Part shown: in pieces, positions 1-11,113 of the stretch | Numbering within the stretch: position 1 is the first letter of the stretch | Layout: every line of letters begins with the position of its first letter | Source of the DNA: Candidatus Cloacimonadales bacterium | GTDB taxonomy: Bacteria; Cloacimonadota; Cloacimonadia; Cloacimonadales; JAFGVF01 | Direction: 5' to 3' | Assembly: GCA_963662585.1 (NCBI GenBank) | Contig: OY759729.1 | Coordinates: 2,752,001-2,816,000, forward strand | Length of the DNA stretch: 64,000 nucleotides | Translations under genes and position numbers: made by a program | The notes under the pieces: model-generated | Databases searched by the model: none | The model's input: only the letters and a program-made list of their open reading frames with translations | What the model was told of the DNA's origin: nothing

Positions 1-637
1 CTGTAACATCATTTATGCTTCTAGGATTTAAATAAAATTCACCGTAAGAGTAACTTACTACTCCAGTAATGGAACTTAGAACACTGCCTTCTATAGCATC
101 AAAATTCTGACTCATTAAGCTGATACAGCCAGTTCCAATTCTAGCACTTCCTGTTCCATCATTTATCTTTAAATTTCCATATTGATCATAAGTTTCTACT
201 ATTGCAGCATTATGAATAGTTACCAAAACTCCTTCATAAGCTTCCATACTATTTAATTGACCTGTAGTGATATTAGTTGGTTGAATAACATTCCCACTAG
301 ATAAGACATTAACATTGCTAACACTTTTTATCTCTGTTAAACCATAATATTCATAGACTTCACCACTTACTGACACTTCATCACCAATATTTAAGGAATA
401 GTTATGATAAATATAAACTCCTTTCCAAGCACCACCTTCGGGCATACTGATAAAAAAGCGTTCATTACTATAATTATTAGCTGTTACTATTCCAGTAACT
501 GTAACATCATCCCCTTCATAAGGTGAGGGATAAGTACTATCTTGACCAGGATTTGTAGTGTGCTGTATATCATATATTGTTAATCCATAAATATTTGAGG
601 ATATTAATAAAACGAGTAGCATTATTATTCTATACAT
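1..637 (-). CDS. Secreted protein with OB-fold nuclease-associated repeats (partial, runs off window start)
   Basis: Manual translation from ATG 637: MYRIIMLLVLLISSNIYGLTIYDIQHTTNPGQDSTYPSPYEGDDVTVTGIVTA...GEVYEYYGLTEIK. Signal-peptide-like N-terminus; open to base 1. Confidence 0.65.
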   Translation of the reverse strand, partial: MYRIIMLLVLLISSNIYGLTIYDIQHTTNPGQDSTYPSPYEGDDVTVTGIVTANNYSNERFFISMPEGGAWKGVYIYHNYSLNIGDEVSVSGEVYEYYGLTEIKSVSNVNVLSSGNVIQPTNITTGQLNSMEAYEGVLVTIHNAAIVETYDQYGNLKINDGTGSARIGTGCISLMSQNFDAIEGSVLSSITGVVSYSYGEFYLNPRSINDVT

Positions 638-856
638 AAGATTCTCCGATTTTTTTTTCATTAAATATCTAATAGCAAAATTGGTCAATGATTTTTATCT
701 TATCTACATTTTAGAATCACTAAAATACACTTGAAAGGACTCAGCACTGGGATTGCCTGCATCTTGCTTGCGACAGACTATACTCAGCCTGTTTATTAAA
801 AGGGCGTATGGCAATACGCCCCGACAGTTGATAAATCTTCAAATCCATTACGAAAA

Positions 857-1753
857 TTAAAACTTCTTCTTATAAGAGTGACAATAGGGGAGACTACCCT
901 TGTTTTGATAATAGTCTTGATGATAGTTTTCTGCTTGATAAAAAGCTTCAGCATTTTCTAACTTAGTAACTACAGCATAACCTTTATCTTTTAAGGTAGA
1001 AATTAGTTTTTCAGCTATATTCTTTTCCTTTTCTGAAGAGTAGAAAATAACAGAACTATATTGTTCTCCTATGTCAGGTCCTTGACGGTTTAACTGGCCT
1101 GGGTCATGTATTTCAAAGAAATATTTAGTAAGTTCTTCATAAGTAATTTTGTTAGGGTCATAGATTACCTCGGTAGTTTCAATATGGCCAGTTCCGCCTT
1201 TTACCACTTCATAATAGCCGGGATTAACAACATTCCCTCCCATAAAACCTACACTTGTAGAAATTACTCCCTCAAGTTTTTGGAAATAATATTCTACACC
1301 CCAAAAACAGCCACCAGCATAATAGGCTTTAGCTTCTGTAACTCTTTCTTGAAAGTTCAAGGAAATAGAATTCACACAATGGCGAATGTTCTTATCAGTA
1401 AATCCCTCTCCCTCAAAAACATGACCAAGATGTCCACCACAATTAGCACAGACTATCTCAGTTCTAATCCCATCAGCATCAGGCACTTCTTTTACTCTTC
1501 CTTCGATTGCATCATCAAAACTTGGCCAACCACAAGAAGAATGAAATTTATCTGCAGAATCAAATAACTCACTTCCACACTTCTTACAATGATATGTCCC
1601 ATCTTTAAAATGCTCTACGAACTCACCAGTAAAGGGAGCTTCTGTCCCTTTTTGCTCTATAACATACTTTTCCATCTTAGTCAATTTATTATCTTTACTG
1701 TACATAATTATTGCTCCTATCATAATGAGTAATATTAAAAAAGCTCTTTTCAT
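857..1753 (-). CDS. msrAB: Bifunctional methionine sulfoxide reductase MsrB-MsrA
   Basis: MsrB motifs GTEAPFTG, CGWPSF, HLGHVF, RHCVNS; MsrA motifs GGCFWG and AENYHQDY; GAGG RBS. Confidence 0.95.
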   Translation of the reverse strand: MKRAFLILLIMIGAIIMYSKDNKLTKMEKYVIEQKGTEAPFTGEFVEHFKDGTYHCKKCGSELFDSADKFHSSCGWPSFDDAIEGRVKEVPDADGIRTEIVCANCGGHLGHVFEGEGFTDKNIRHCVNSISLNFQERVTEAKAYYAGGCFWGVEYYFQKLEGVISTSVGFMGGNVVNPGYYEVVKGGTGHIETTEVIYDPNKITYEELTKYFFEIHDPGQLNRQGPDIGEQYSSVIFYSSEKEKNIAEKLISTLKDKGYAVVTKLENAEAFYQAENYHQDYYQNKGSLPYCHSYKKKF

Positions 1754-1891
1754 AATTACCTCACTTTTTATTAAATAATATATTGTAATAATTATAAAAT
1801 GCCAATTATATGAATTGAGGAGTAAATATTTAGAAAATTTAGCAGAGAAATAGCTTTTGTTTAAGACTAATGGAGCTATGAATATTTTAAT

Positions 1892-2008
1892 TATCCCTAA
1901 AGGGGATTGAATAGGGTAGCCCAGGGTCTCATTCTAAGAACATTAGCGAATTAGAATTGACCCTGGTAAAAATCACCTTAAAACCCTAATCCTGTAGGGG
2001 TTTAATAG
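1892..2008. repeat. REP-like palindromic cluster
   Basis: ATCCCTAAAGGGGAT, GCCCAGGG...CCCTGG and ATCCTGTAGGGGTT hairpins resemble the flanks of the Y1 transposase at 29.4-30.2 kb. Confidence 0.5.
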
Positions 2009-2122
2009 AAAGAACTGAAAATAAATTAGTATTATTTGAGGCATAAATTATTGATAATTTAAAACTTACCAGTAATATTCGCCCTATTTTTACCTTCAGA
2101 CTTAAACATGAGCCTAAAGTAC

Positions 2123-2833
2123 TTATTCCTTCAAATGTGTATTCAATTCTTCTACCAATACATCAACGCTTGTAGATGGATTAGAATTATATACGACTTT
2201 CCTATTGGCTAACTTTCTAAGCTTTTTAGCATTTTTCATTGCAAAATCTTGTCCTTGCTTATTATTAGTTTTCCTTCCTAATTCTTGGAGAACATCATAG
2301 ATTTTAGGATCATTCTTCTTATATTCTTTTCCCAGTCGTTTTGTAAGTAAATTTTTAAATTCAGTTCTTGAGATGCCTCTATTCCAGTATTCAAAATGGA
2401 GAAGATACCAAAGCTCAAAGGCTTCATTAGAATAAGCAATATTAATAGTAATCTTTGAACTTTTATTTAGTTGATTTTTATATTTTTTATTTAATTTCTT
2501 TTCAATACTTTCATACTTCAGAAAACATTCATTATAATATTCTTGAGGAAAGCTGTCTTTATCCATAACTATCCAAAGACTCTCATAGATTTCATTATAT
2601 TTCGCTTTTTCTTCCCATAGTCTAATAGCTTCATTTAATAATGTTTTTGTATTCTTGCCCTCACCCTGAATAAGTACTTCAACACCAATAGGTGAAAAGG
2701 ATTTAAAATAATTTGGTTCTGTTTTTTCGCCTTCGCAAACAATCATCATGCTTTTAGACATTTTAACTTTCTTTTTATCATTATTTCTGGTTAGTGTTTG
2801 TTTCTTCCTTTTGAATAAATCATCTGTTCCCAT
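2123..2833 (-). CDS. rloB: RloB family protein
   Basis: IVCEGEKTEPNYF, SNEAFELWYLLHF and NPST motifs; lies 2 bp downstream of an AAA ATPase. Confidence 0.85.
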   Translation of the reverse strand: MGTDDLFKRKKQTLTRNNDKKKVKMSKSMMIVCEGEKTEPNYFKSFSPIGVEVLIQGEGKNTKTLLNEAIRLWEEKAKYNEIYESLWIVMDKDSFPQEYYNECFLKYESIEKKLNKKYKNQLNKSSKITINIAYSNEAFELWYLLHFEYWNRGISRTEFKNLLTKRLGKEYKKNDPKIYDVLQELGRKTNNKQGQDFAMKNAKKLRKLANRKVVYNSNPSTSVDVLVEELNTHLKE

Positions 2834-2835
2834 GA

Positions 2836-4101
2836 CTATTCCTCTTCAAAGATTGATTCAATATTACCAATGTATGGAAGGCCCCCTAACTTACCTAAAA
2901 GATAATCTTTACTAAATATAGCATCTTTTCTGTAATTTTCGATATCACTCAATGAGTATAATGATGATGAACCAGCTTTAGATTTATCTACAATATAAAT
3001 CTGATCCCTGCGAAGTATGTTATTATTCAACAGAATAGTGTTATGAACTGTGCAAATTAATTGGGCATTGCTTGTATTTAATTTAGAATTAAAGATCTTT
3101 ATAATTGTAGTAACTAACATAGGGTGCAATCTAGCATCTAGTTCATCAATTATTAAAACTTGTGAATTTTCAATAGCTTGTAAGATTGGACCAAGGATAG
3201 AGAAGAATTTTTGAGTACCCTGTGATTCTTCGTTTTTAAAATCAAATTCTATCTTATCTAATAACAGTTCTTTCCCATTATATTGGTCATGAATTGTCTT
3301 TAATTTAATTCTATTTCCATATAACTCCTTTTCTTTATCGCTAAAAATATTATCTTCTTTGATTTCATTAAAATCTACGATTCCGATATCCGCAATCTTT
3401 AGTATTTTAATTAATTTATTCTTAAATTTAACATCATTACACATTCTACTAGAGATTGGCCAAAAATCAATGTCTTTAATAACAGTAACATCCTGTAATT
3501 TAACAAGCCAATCTACTAACATATTAGTGATTTTATCTTTATCTCCTTTAATTTCTTTCATTAAGCTTACGAATAAAGACTCAGTGTTAATTTCACCGAT
3601 TGCTTTATATACTTTTTTCCCATCCCCAAATTTTGTCCCAAAATTAAAAATATCTTCTTTGCGGGTAAAGAGCATTGATTCTTGAGCTGTAAATCTTCCA
3701 AATAGCCACTCGGAAACAATTTTACCCTCTTTAATTTGGAACCCGTATCTTAATTCTATAAATTTTTGTTTAGAAATTCTAGTGAGGTTATTAGCCATAA
3801 AAGTAATTTCGAAAGTTGTTGGTTCATTTTTATTGGCAATGTCTAATTTATAGTAGTAATTTTCTGGAATAGTTCCATAAGCAAGTACCTTCTTTCTGAT
3901 AAAGAACAAAGCTTTTAGAAGATTACTCTTACCGCTTGCATTAGCTCCATAGATAGCTACACTTTTCAAAATATTAGTTTTGTTAATTTCCGTAATTGCA
4001 CCATCAAGATCATCTTTATTTTTTTTTGTTGATGCTAACATACTAAAAGTCGTCTTTTCTTTAAAGGACATGAAGTTTTCAACACTAAATTCTAATAACA
4101 T
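2836..4101 (-). CDS. RloA-like / AAA_21 ABC-type ATPase
   Basis: ENFMSFK start, Walker A GANASGKSN, ESQGTQK signature, Walker B IIDELDARLHP, QLICTVH. Confidence 0.85.
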   Translation of the reverse strand: MLLEFSVENFMSFKEKTTFSMLASTKKNKDDLDGAITEINKTNILKSVAIYGANASGKSNLLKALFFIRKKVLAYGTIPENYYYKLDIANKNEPTTFEITFMANNLTRISKQKFIELRYGFQIKEGKIVSEWLFGRFTAQESMLFTRKEDIFNFGTKFGDGKKVYKAIGEINTESLFVSLMKEIKGDKDKITNMLVDWLVKLQDVTVIKDIDFWPISSRMCNDVKFKNKLIKILKIADIGIVDFNEIKEDNIFSDKEKELYGNRIKLKTIHDQYNGKELLLDKIEFDFKNEESQGTQKFFSILGPILQAIENSQVLIIDELDARLHPMLVTTIIKIFNSKLNTSNAQLICTVHNTILLNNNILRRDQIYIVDKSKAGSSSLYSLSDIENYRKDAIFSKDYLLGKLGGLPYIGNIESIFEEE

Positions 4102-4497
4102 CTCTACTCCTTCTAATCTCTACTTATGTAATAATAATAAAATATAAAATATAGTCAAGATATTTGTTATTTTTTTTTAAATTTTACCAGAATAATTAAT
4201 ATTATTAGGATATATGAAATTCTACTATCTCATAGTATAAATGTATTGAGGGATTTTTGAAATTTAAAAACTACTTCTTTATAATTCCTTATTGTGGATA
4301 AATTCGTCATATTACAGTGAATTGTTATAAATTACTAATGATTTTTTTTTATAGGGAACCCACAAGGCATCTTAAAATATCATTTGCTTTTAATCAACAA
4401 TTAAATATAATTTATATAGCTAATGCTACAATAATGATTTATTAAAATGATAATAGATAAACTAAAAAAATACTAAGTTAAAATAAATGGAGGCAAA

Positions 4498-5076
4498 ATG
4501 ACAAGATGGCATAAGGGTATAGATGGGATTTCTTCTGTTACAAAAGAAGCTCAACATTCTATAGAAGATTTCTTTAAAATTAAGAATTACCAACCAAAGA
4601 CTGATGAAGAGAAGCAAATATTTGAAGAATTCTCATTAATTACTAGCAGTATGGCAATCTTAATTTATGTTGCGAATGCTGATAGAGTTATTAATCCTGA
4701 TGAGAAAAATCAGATAATATCTGATATAATCTTCCAAATGGAGCAAAGACCTTACGAATTCATCAAGCTTTCTGAGAAATTTGGTAAGAATGAGAAAGAG
4801 ATTATCTTAAATATTTATGATAAAATGTTAAAAGATTACCAAACAAGTAGCCTAAATTTAGATAAAATTATTAATGACCTCTGCGTTTATTATCGTAATA
4901 ATACAGAGAAGCGCTTATATCTGATTCGCCTATGTTACTATTGTGCACTATCTGATAATGTTTTTGATGAAGCTGAAAAGAAGGCGATACAAATTATAGC
5001 TGAGAAAATGGAAGTACCAAGTGCAGACTTAAAAAGAATAGAAGAGGAAGTTAAAGAAGAAATTGCAGGGAAATAA
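4498..5076 (+). CDS. TerB-family (DjlA N-terminal-like) protein
   Basis: VANADRVINPDEK and ALSDNVFDEAEKKAI motifs; GGAGG RBS. Confidence 0.75.
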   Translation: MTRWHKGIDGISSVTKEAQHSIEDFFKIKNYQPKTDEEKQIFEEFSLITSSMAILIYVANADRVINPDEKNQIISDIIFQMEQRPYEFIKLSEKFGKNEKEIILNIYDKMLKDYQTSSLNLDKIINDLCVYYRNNTEKRLYLIRLCYYCALSDNVFDEAEKKAIQIIAEKMEVPSADLKRIEEEVKEEIAGK

Positions 5077-5115
5077 ACTCTAATACCTATTTAATCATAC
5101 AATAACCAAATTATA

Positions 5116-5147
5116 AGCCTAAGTGTTATTAATAGCACTTAGGCTTT
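5116..5147 (+). terminator. Intrinsic terminator-like hairpin
   Basis: AAGCCTAAGTGTTA-TTAA-TAGCACTTAGGCTT about 40 bp after the terB-like stop codon. Confidence 0.65.
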
Positions 5148-5465
5148 ATCCTATTTTTTTCCCTGTTAAAGCCCTAGGAGCTAGTAGATTCTAATGAAGA
5201 ACACAGCTTCTTCTAGCTTAACAAGTTAGATATTTTCTGCACAAAATCTATTCAAAATTATGGTTCTCTCTCAAGTAGAGTGGGAACTAAATTTAATAGT
5301 AAATCAAGAAGCTTCAAAATCTTCATAGCTGCCTCTGCAGCTGGTAGAATGGTGCATTTTTATAGTCCTGTATCTGTTGTGAACCTAGCATACTTCAAAG
5401 ATACTTTTATTACTTTTTTTCTAAGACCCACTTTACTTGAAAGAGAGCCAAAATTATCTGCAGAA

Positions 5466-8400
5466 TTACTTACTAAATTTCCAGATCAAATCAACTCCTG
5501 TAGCATTTTCTCCACCTTGGGTTCCTTGAAGGTAGAGTTGTGGTATTATCTCATATTCAAGTGTAATTTTCTCTGGAATTACTTCATTATCACTACCAAA
5601 AGAAAGTTCTCTCTCATAGCTTAGGAAAAGGTCATTAGTAAGGTATTTTCCTACAAGAACCTGAGCTTGTCTCCAGTTAGCATCACTCTTAAACTCAATA
5701 ACATCAAGGTTTAAGCGATTCTGTAATAAACTAGTAACCCGGGAAGCTATTTGATTAACTAAAATCTGGGTAGCTAAATTATCTTCTCCTGAACTATCCA
5801 TCTGACTTCTCTCTCCAGAAGATAGTTCTGCAGTGCTTTTTCCAAAGACAATATAAGAGACTCCGTCACCTTCTGATATTGGCTCATCATCTAAGAAGAA
5901 TTGGATAAGAGGTTGCTGTAATCTTCCTGTAATATGAATAGAGAGAGTTACTTTCTCTTGTGAAGAACTTCTTAAAATGTAGTCAGCTATTATGGAAATT
6001 TCAGGATTCATGTCACTTTCCCCTTGGAAATAGACATTACCTTTTGTGATGATAAACCTTCGTCCATAAACAGTATAGTTTCCTCGAAGCACCATCACAT
6101 TCCCGGATAGAGTAAAATCAGGACTATTCTTAATAATTTCCAGTTCACCCCCTAGTTCTACATTCATTTCTTTAGATTTAATCCAAGTGTTATGTGGGAA
6201 GGATAGCTTTAATCTTCCTCTTAGATTTTTCATAAGTTGGGAAGGTTTTTTCTCTAATTTAGCTTCAGTATTTTCAGGTAAATCACTACTTGGGGAGTTG
6301 GCTAAAAGTAGAGGAGTGGATAATATCACTTTTTTCTTCTCTTTTCCTAATAAAGCAGGAAGGTATAACTTGGCTCTTAAAACATTAAGGTAACCAGAGA
6401 AAGTTGGATTTGTGCTATTTCCCGCAATCTCAATTTTAGAATCAAGCATTAAGTCCATATCACTATTTTTCATAGCCTGCCAGTTTTTAGCTTCTAAAAA
6501 GAATCTGAGAGAGTCTAATCTCGCATCTTTAAGGTTTAGAATCGTAGAAGCATTGGCTTGTAAATAACCTTTTTTACCCGAAGGAAGAGAGAATTTTTTT
6601 AACTCTAACTTGTTATTGTGGGCTTGGAAATCAAGGTTAATATTCCGATAATCAATTCCTAGACTAGGAAGCTTAAAGGCTACATCTTCAACCAGAAGTT
6701 TGGCATTGATAAGTGGCTTATTAAAGGTATTTTCTAGTGTAGCAGAAAGATTGAAATTACCTTTAACATCTTTAACAGCATCAGTATAATCATTAAGTTC
6801 ATTTAAATCAATAGGTGATATCTTTAGATTAAGATTCAATTGCTCATCTTTAAGGAATTTAAATTCTTTAGTAGAAATATCGGCGTGGAAAGGTAGAAAT
6901 CCTGTTAAGGATATAGACTCTTCTTTAGCTCTATTAACCTTTAAATCAAGTTGAGCAAGATTATCTTGATAATCAACATTACCTGTAATCTTCTTAATTT
7001 CTATTTCTTTCAAGGAAAGATTATCAAGTCTCCAAGCAAGAGATAGTTTAGGATTCTTTATATCTCCTTTACCTGCGATATTCAAGCTTAGTTTTCCCTT
7101 TATTGTGGCAAGGTCGGAGTTAAGATAAGACAAAGGCCACAGTGCCAAAGAATCGCATTTAACAAGGATATCATAAGACTCTTGGGAATCTAAAGTAAAA
7201 TTAGCAATAATAGTTTGGGTGTCAGAAACTAACTCTAAGTTTTCGAGAGAGAATTGATTAGGATCAAAATTAACTTTAAGAGTGTCAGGTCTATTATACC
7301 AATTCTGTCCCAGGGCATTAATCTCCAGCTTAGAGAAATTAGCTAATTTCTGAATAGGGAAAACATCTCCTCTTAAGCCTATATCCAATGTATCAGATTG
7401 AATAAGATTTAAATCAAGGAATAGCTTGTCTTGGGTATATTTAACATCAATCCAAGTTGAATCTATAGGTAAGTTGGGAAGCTCTATTTTGGTGAGTGAA
7501 CCTGTAAAATCAACTTCAGGTATTTTATCTTTTAGCTTAACTACTGAATTTCCTATAAGAGAAGCAAGCTGGTAATCCTGATACTTTATGTCTTGCAAAT
7601 CTATTGTTGTACTTGCTATTAAATCTTCTACACTACCTGATGCTCTTCCTGAAATTCTACCTTTTAAAGCTAAGTCAGCTTGAAGCTCTTGCACAAACTG
7701 AGGCAGAGAATTTAACTGAAGATTATAGGAAATATTATGATCCCCGTAAATATTACCTTGTCCTTGAGCAGTGATTTCTAAACCATCATAATCTAGCTCC
7801 ATCTCGTTTAGATTATAATTCCCCTGTTGATAATTTCCTGTTAACTTAAGCTTCTCAATAGTTTTATTAGCAAAGGATGAGCTTGCAAAATTAAAGTTGA
7901 AATCAGAATTAATTTCTTTAGGGTCAAGTCCCTTACCTTTTAAATCAAACTGGGTATTTATTTTGGCTTGATAAGGCCAAGTAGGAATAATTTTCAAGAT
8001 ATCTAAATCCCTAAAAGAACCAGATATAGCATAGCCTACTTCATCTAAAAGATTAACTAAATCTGCAGTAACATTTATCTCTCCAAATTCACTTTCAGCT
8101 TGTAAAGAATTATTAAGTTGAGCTGGGGAACCTTTGCTGTCTAGCCTAAAAGTGTAAATTTTGTAAGTGTTAAAAGAAGACTTATCAAGTTGCAGGCTTA
8201 GGTCTGCTTCAACTTCAGGCCAAGAGTCCCCTTGGATAGAAGCTATAAGATTACCCGTAAGCTTTGATTGAGGAAGGTCACTTTTCCAACTATTACTATT
8301 AATATTTTCCCAAGATAAGTCTAGCAAGGCAGTGAAAGGGTTTTGCAGATCTGGTAATTGAGCATTTAAGATTACTTGTTCATCAGCAAGATTAACTGTG

Positions 8401-9290
8401 ATGTATGAAGAGAGTGAATCTCCATGCACTAGCACTTCTCCGCTTAAATTTGGCTCACCTTGCAGGGGAAATGAGGGTAGCCATTTCTGAATTTCTGAAA
8501 AACTCAAAGGTTCAGCTTTGAAGCTAAGATTGGCTATTCGAGAAGGCTGATTTATCATATCTCCTCTTAATATAATCTGGGACTTTGGCGATGAAATTAA
8601 TAGTTCTTTTAAACTAATATCTTGCTGATCATTTCCTTGTAAATCTTTGAGAGAAAGAGTAATTTCTTGTGGCTCTACTGCAAGCTCAGCCTTACTTAGT
8701 TTCCACTCTAAGACTTCACCTAAACTGGCTTGAGCAAGAATTTGTGTAATGGAAATCTCACTAGGTATCTGCTCAGGTAGATTATCACCAGAGATATTTA
8801 CATGGGAGTTGGAAAGACTAAAGCTTTCTAATTCTATAAGCCAAGAACTTGAGCTTGGGTCACTTTTAGTAGTTTCTTTTTTAATAGGAATATTAGTTAT
8901 ATTCCAGATTCCCAGCTCATCTTGATGTAGATTAACTTTTAAATCTGATAGTGAAATTGCTTTTATTATTATTTTTTTATCAAGTAGAGATCCTAAATCA
9001 TAACTTATGGCAATTTCTTTCAAAGAAATCAATTCTGTTTTACTAGCATCTAAGTTATGCTCAGATAATATAATATCTTCTAGTATTAAATTATTAAATA
9101 TATTTCCTTCTAAACTAGCAATTTCTATAGAACCATTAATCTGCTTATTTACTTGAGTAATTATTGTTTTACGGACAAAATTCAAAAAGAAGGAAGATTG
9201 AATTAGGAAATAAGCAAGAACTAGGATAATAATAAAGATTCCTAATCCCAGAGATGAGTAGAATAAAATTCTATTTTTTCTTTTACCCAT
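5466..9290 (-). CDS. tamB: Translocation/assembly module TamB
   Basis: 1274 aa; N-terminal TM anchor, beta-rich body, C-terminal GKYLTNDLFLSY...GVDLIWKF; downstream of an Omp85 gene. Confidence 0.85.
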   Translation of the reverse strand: MGKRKNRILFYSSLGLGIFIIILVLAYFLIQSSFFLNFVRKTIITQVNKQINGSIEIASLEGNIFNNLILEDIILSEHNLDASKTELISLKEIAISYDLGSLLDKKIIIKAISLSDLKVNLHQDELGIWNITNIPIKKETTKSDPSSSSWLIELESFSLSNSHVNISGDNLPEQIPSEISITQILAQASLGEVLEWKLSKAELAVEPQEITLSLKDLQGNDQQDISLKELLISSPKSQIILRGDMINQPSRIANLSFKAEPLSFSEIQKWLPSFPLQGEPNLSGEVLVHGDSLSSYITVNLADEQVILNAQLPDLQNPFTALLDLSWENINSNSWKSDLPQSKLTGNLIASIQGDSWPEVEADLSLQLDKSSFNTYKIYTFRLDSKGSPAQLNNSLQAESEFGEINVTADLVNLLDEVGYAISGSFRDLDILKIIPTWPYQAKINTQFDLKGKGLDPKEINSDFNFNFASSSFANKTIEKLKLTGNYQQGNYNLNEMELDYDGLEITAQGQGNIYGDHNISYNLQLNSLPQFVQELQADLALKGRISGRASGSVEDLIASTTIDLQDIKYQDYQLASLIGNSVVKLKDKIPEVDFTGSLTKIELPNLPIDSTWIDVKYTQDKLFLDLNLIQSDTLDIGLRGDVFPIQKLANFSKLEINALGQNWYNRPDTLKVNFDPNQFSLENLELVSDTQTIIANFTLDSQESYDILVKCDSLALWPLSYLNSDLATIKGKLSLNIAGKGDIKNPKLSLAWRLDNLSLKEIEIKKITGNVDYQDNLAQLDLKVNRAKEESISLTGFLPFHADISTKEFKFLKDEQLNLNLKISPIDLNELNDYTDAVKDVKGNFNLSATLENTFNKPLINAKLLVEDVAFKLPSLGIDYRNINLDFQAHNNKLELKKFSLPSGKKGYLQANASTILNLKDARLDSLRFFLEAKNWQAMKNSDMDLMLDSKIEIAGNSTNPTFSGYLNVLRAKLYLPALLGKEKKKVILSTPLLLANSPSSDLPENTEAKLEKKPSQLMKNLRGRLKLSFPHNTWIKSKEMNVELGGELEIIKNSPDFTLSGNVMVLRGNYTVYGRRFIITKGNVYFQGESDMNPEISIIADYILRSSSQEKVTLSIHITGRLQQPLIQFFLDDEPISEGDGVSYIVFGKSTAELSSGERSQMDSSGEDNLATQILVNQIASRVTSLLQNRLNLDVIEFKSDANWRQAQVLVGKYLTNDLFLSYERELSFGSDNEVIPEKITLEYEIIPQLYLQGTQGGENATGVDLIWKFSK

Positions 9291-11113
9291 TAAAATGCTT
9301 CTCCGATATTCAAGTAAAACTGAAATTCTTTATATGATTTGGATAGTGGGAAGGCTACATCAAAGCGAATTGGACCTAAAGGTGTTTTTATTCTTAACCC
9401 AGTACCTGAGGCATACTCCAACTGGCTGAGATTATGGTCATAAGTTCCAGTCCACACATTACCTGCATCACAGAAGATAACTCCTGAGATAATATTCCAG
9501 ATTGGATAACGAAACTCTACACTTGATTCTAGGATGCTGTTGCCACCTAAAGAAAGGTCATCATCGCTTTTAGGACCTAAATCAAAACGAGCCCAACCAC
9601 GCACAGAATTACTTCCACCAGCATAAAACCTATCAGCAATAGGAGTTAATTCACCAGCTCTAAGTGATTTCATAAATCCATATTGCACTCGAGTAGCTAA
9701 CACAAGTTCTTGATAAATATTAGTATATTTTCTTACTTCAGATGAAGTCATTGTATAATGATAATCACTATTGAAGCCAATTCCTACCCAAGTTAAGGCT
9801 GAAGAAAGGTACCAACCGCTTAAGGGTGAAAACATAGGCTGGGAATCATCATATACCATTCCTATTGTTGCAGAAGATTGCCTGTAATCTCCTTTCCCTT
9901 CTGCAATTAAATCATCTTCTAAGAGGGGAGATGCTGTTTTTAAATTATCCCACTCCACTCCGTAATTCAAATAAGTTGAGACGAAGTTTCCTAAGCTTAG
10001 TTGATAGTTAATAAAAGAACCGATTCTCGAAAGTGTATAATTTGTCTCATCTTCTTTACGGGCAAAAGGATTTAAGGTTAAAGATCCATTCGGGTGGAAT
10101 ATGGCAGGTTGAGTAAGCTTTAGTGATAAATTATAAGGTTCCAGGAAAGAGTATTTAGCAAAGAAGACTGCTTTACGAACTCCTCCTAAAAAGCCTAACT
10201 TAGTAACAGTTACTGCTGTTCTAAATTTATCTTCTTGTCCATAACCCACACCTAACTTAAAGCTAAGTCTAGGAGCTTCTTTTAAATCAATCTGAATAGC
10301 TATAGTATTATCAGTTTCTTCATCCAAAACACTACGAACTGTCACATATTGAAACATTCCTAAGCCTTGAATTTTTCTTTGTAAGTTCTGTAGGTATTTC
10401 TCACTGTATACTTCTCCTTGAGGAGCTAAATATTTTTCTAAAATTGAATAGGGAACTTCTTCCACCCCAGTAAAAGTTGTTGTTCCAAAATAACATAAAG
10501 GTCCTGGTTTTAAATCAAAATCTATGCTTACTCTATTGTTTTCTTTTTTAAGGCTTAATTTATAGCTTACTTCTTGGTAGGCATAACCTTGCTTTGCTAA
10601 CCACTTTCCTAAAGTGTTTTGGACTTCTAGCAAATCTTCATCTCTAAATCTAGAAGCTTCTTGCAAGGGTAAATCTGCTATAAAGTAATTCAAAGCTTCT
10701 TGTGATAATGAAGAATCAGCAGATTCTGGAATCTGTAGATTATAATTAATCTTTTCAATTAAAATAGGCTTATTCTCGTCAACAATGAATTCAATCTCAA
10801 CTGCTTCTTTTTCAGCAATTTCTGTAATTTTAGAATCTACTTCAACATCAAGAAAACCCTCTTTTTGATAGAAGTTTTTGATTAAATCTAAATCAGTGAT
10901 TAAATCAGCTTCATAATACCGCTCAGCTTGAGTCCAAAACAACATTTTTTGCCAGAAAGATTTTTCTTGTAAAGTAAGTTTCTTTTTAAGCTTACTTTCA
11001 GAGATAGACTCCATTCCGCTAATTTTCACCTCTTTTATCTTATTATTCTCTTGGGCAAAGAGGGAAGAGAAGAGACATAAGGCAATAAGTCCTATTAAAT
11101 ATGTTTTTTTCAT
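9290..11113 (-). CDS. tamA: Omp85 family (TamA/BamA-like) outer membrane protein
   Basis: Signal peptide from ATG 11113 (MKKTYLIG..SLFA); POTRA-like region; RFYAGGSNSVRGW, TPLGPIRFDVA, terminal IGEAF. Confidence 0.85.
   Translation of the reverse strand: MKKTYLIGLIALCLFSSLFAQENNKIKEVKISGMESISESKLKKKLTLQEKSFWQKMLFWTQAERYYEADLITDLDLIKNFYQKEGFLDVEVDSKITEIAEKEAVEIEFIVDENKPILIEKINYNLQIPESADSSLSQEALNYFIADLPLQEASRFRDEDLLEVQNTLGKWLAKQGYAYQEVSYKLSLKKENNRVSIDFDLKPGPLCYFGTTTFTGVEEVPYSILEKYLAPQGEVYSEKYLQNLQRKIQGLGMFQYVTVRSVLDEETDNTIAIQIDLKEAPRLSFKLGVGYGQEDKFRTAVTVTKLGFLGGVRKAVFFAKYSFLEPYNLSLKLTQPAIFHPNGSLTLNPFARKEDETNYTLSRIGSFINYQLSLGNFVSTYLNYGVEWDNLKTASPLLEDDLIAEGKGDYRQSSATIGMVYDDSQPMFSPLSGWYLSSALTWVGIGFNSDYHYTMTSSEVRKYTNIYQELVLATRVQYGFMKSLRAGELTPIADRFYAGGSNSVRGWARFDLGPKSDDDLSLGGNSILESSVEFRYPIWNIISGVIFCDAGNVWTGTYDHNLSQLEYASGTGLRIKTPLGPIRFDVAFPLSKSYKEFQFYLNIGEAF

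Noticed and set aside
1106..1567. 153-aa plus-strand ORF and similar antisense ORFs inside large genes
   Set aside because: Fully overlap well-supported genes on the opposite strand and have no motifs.
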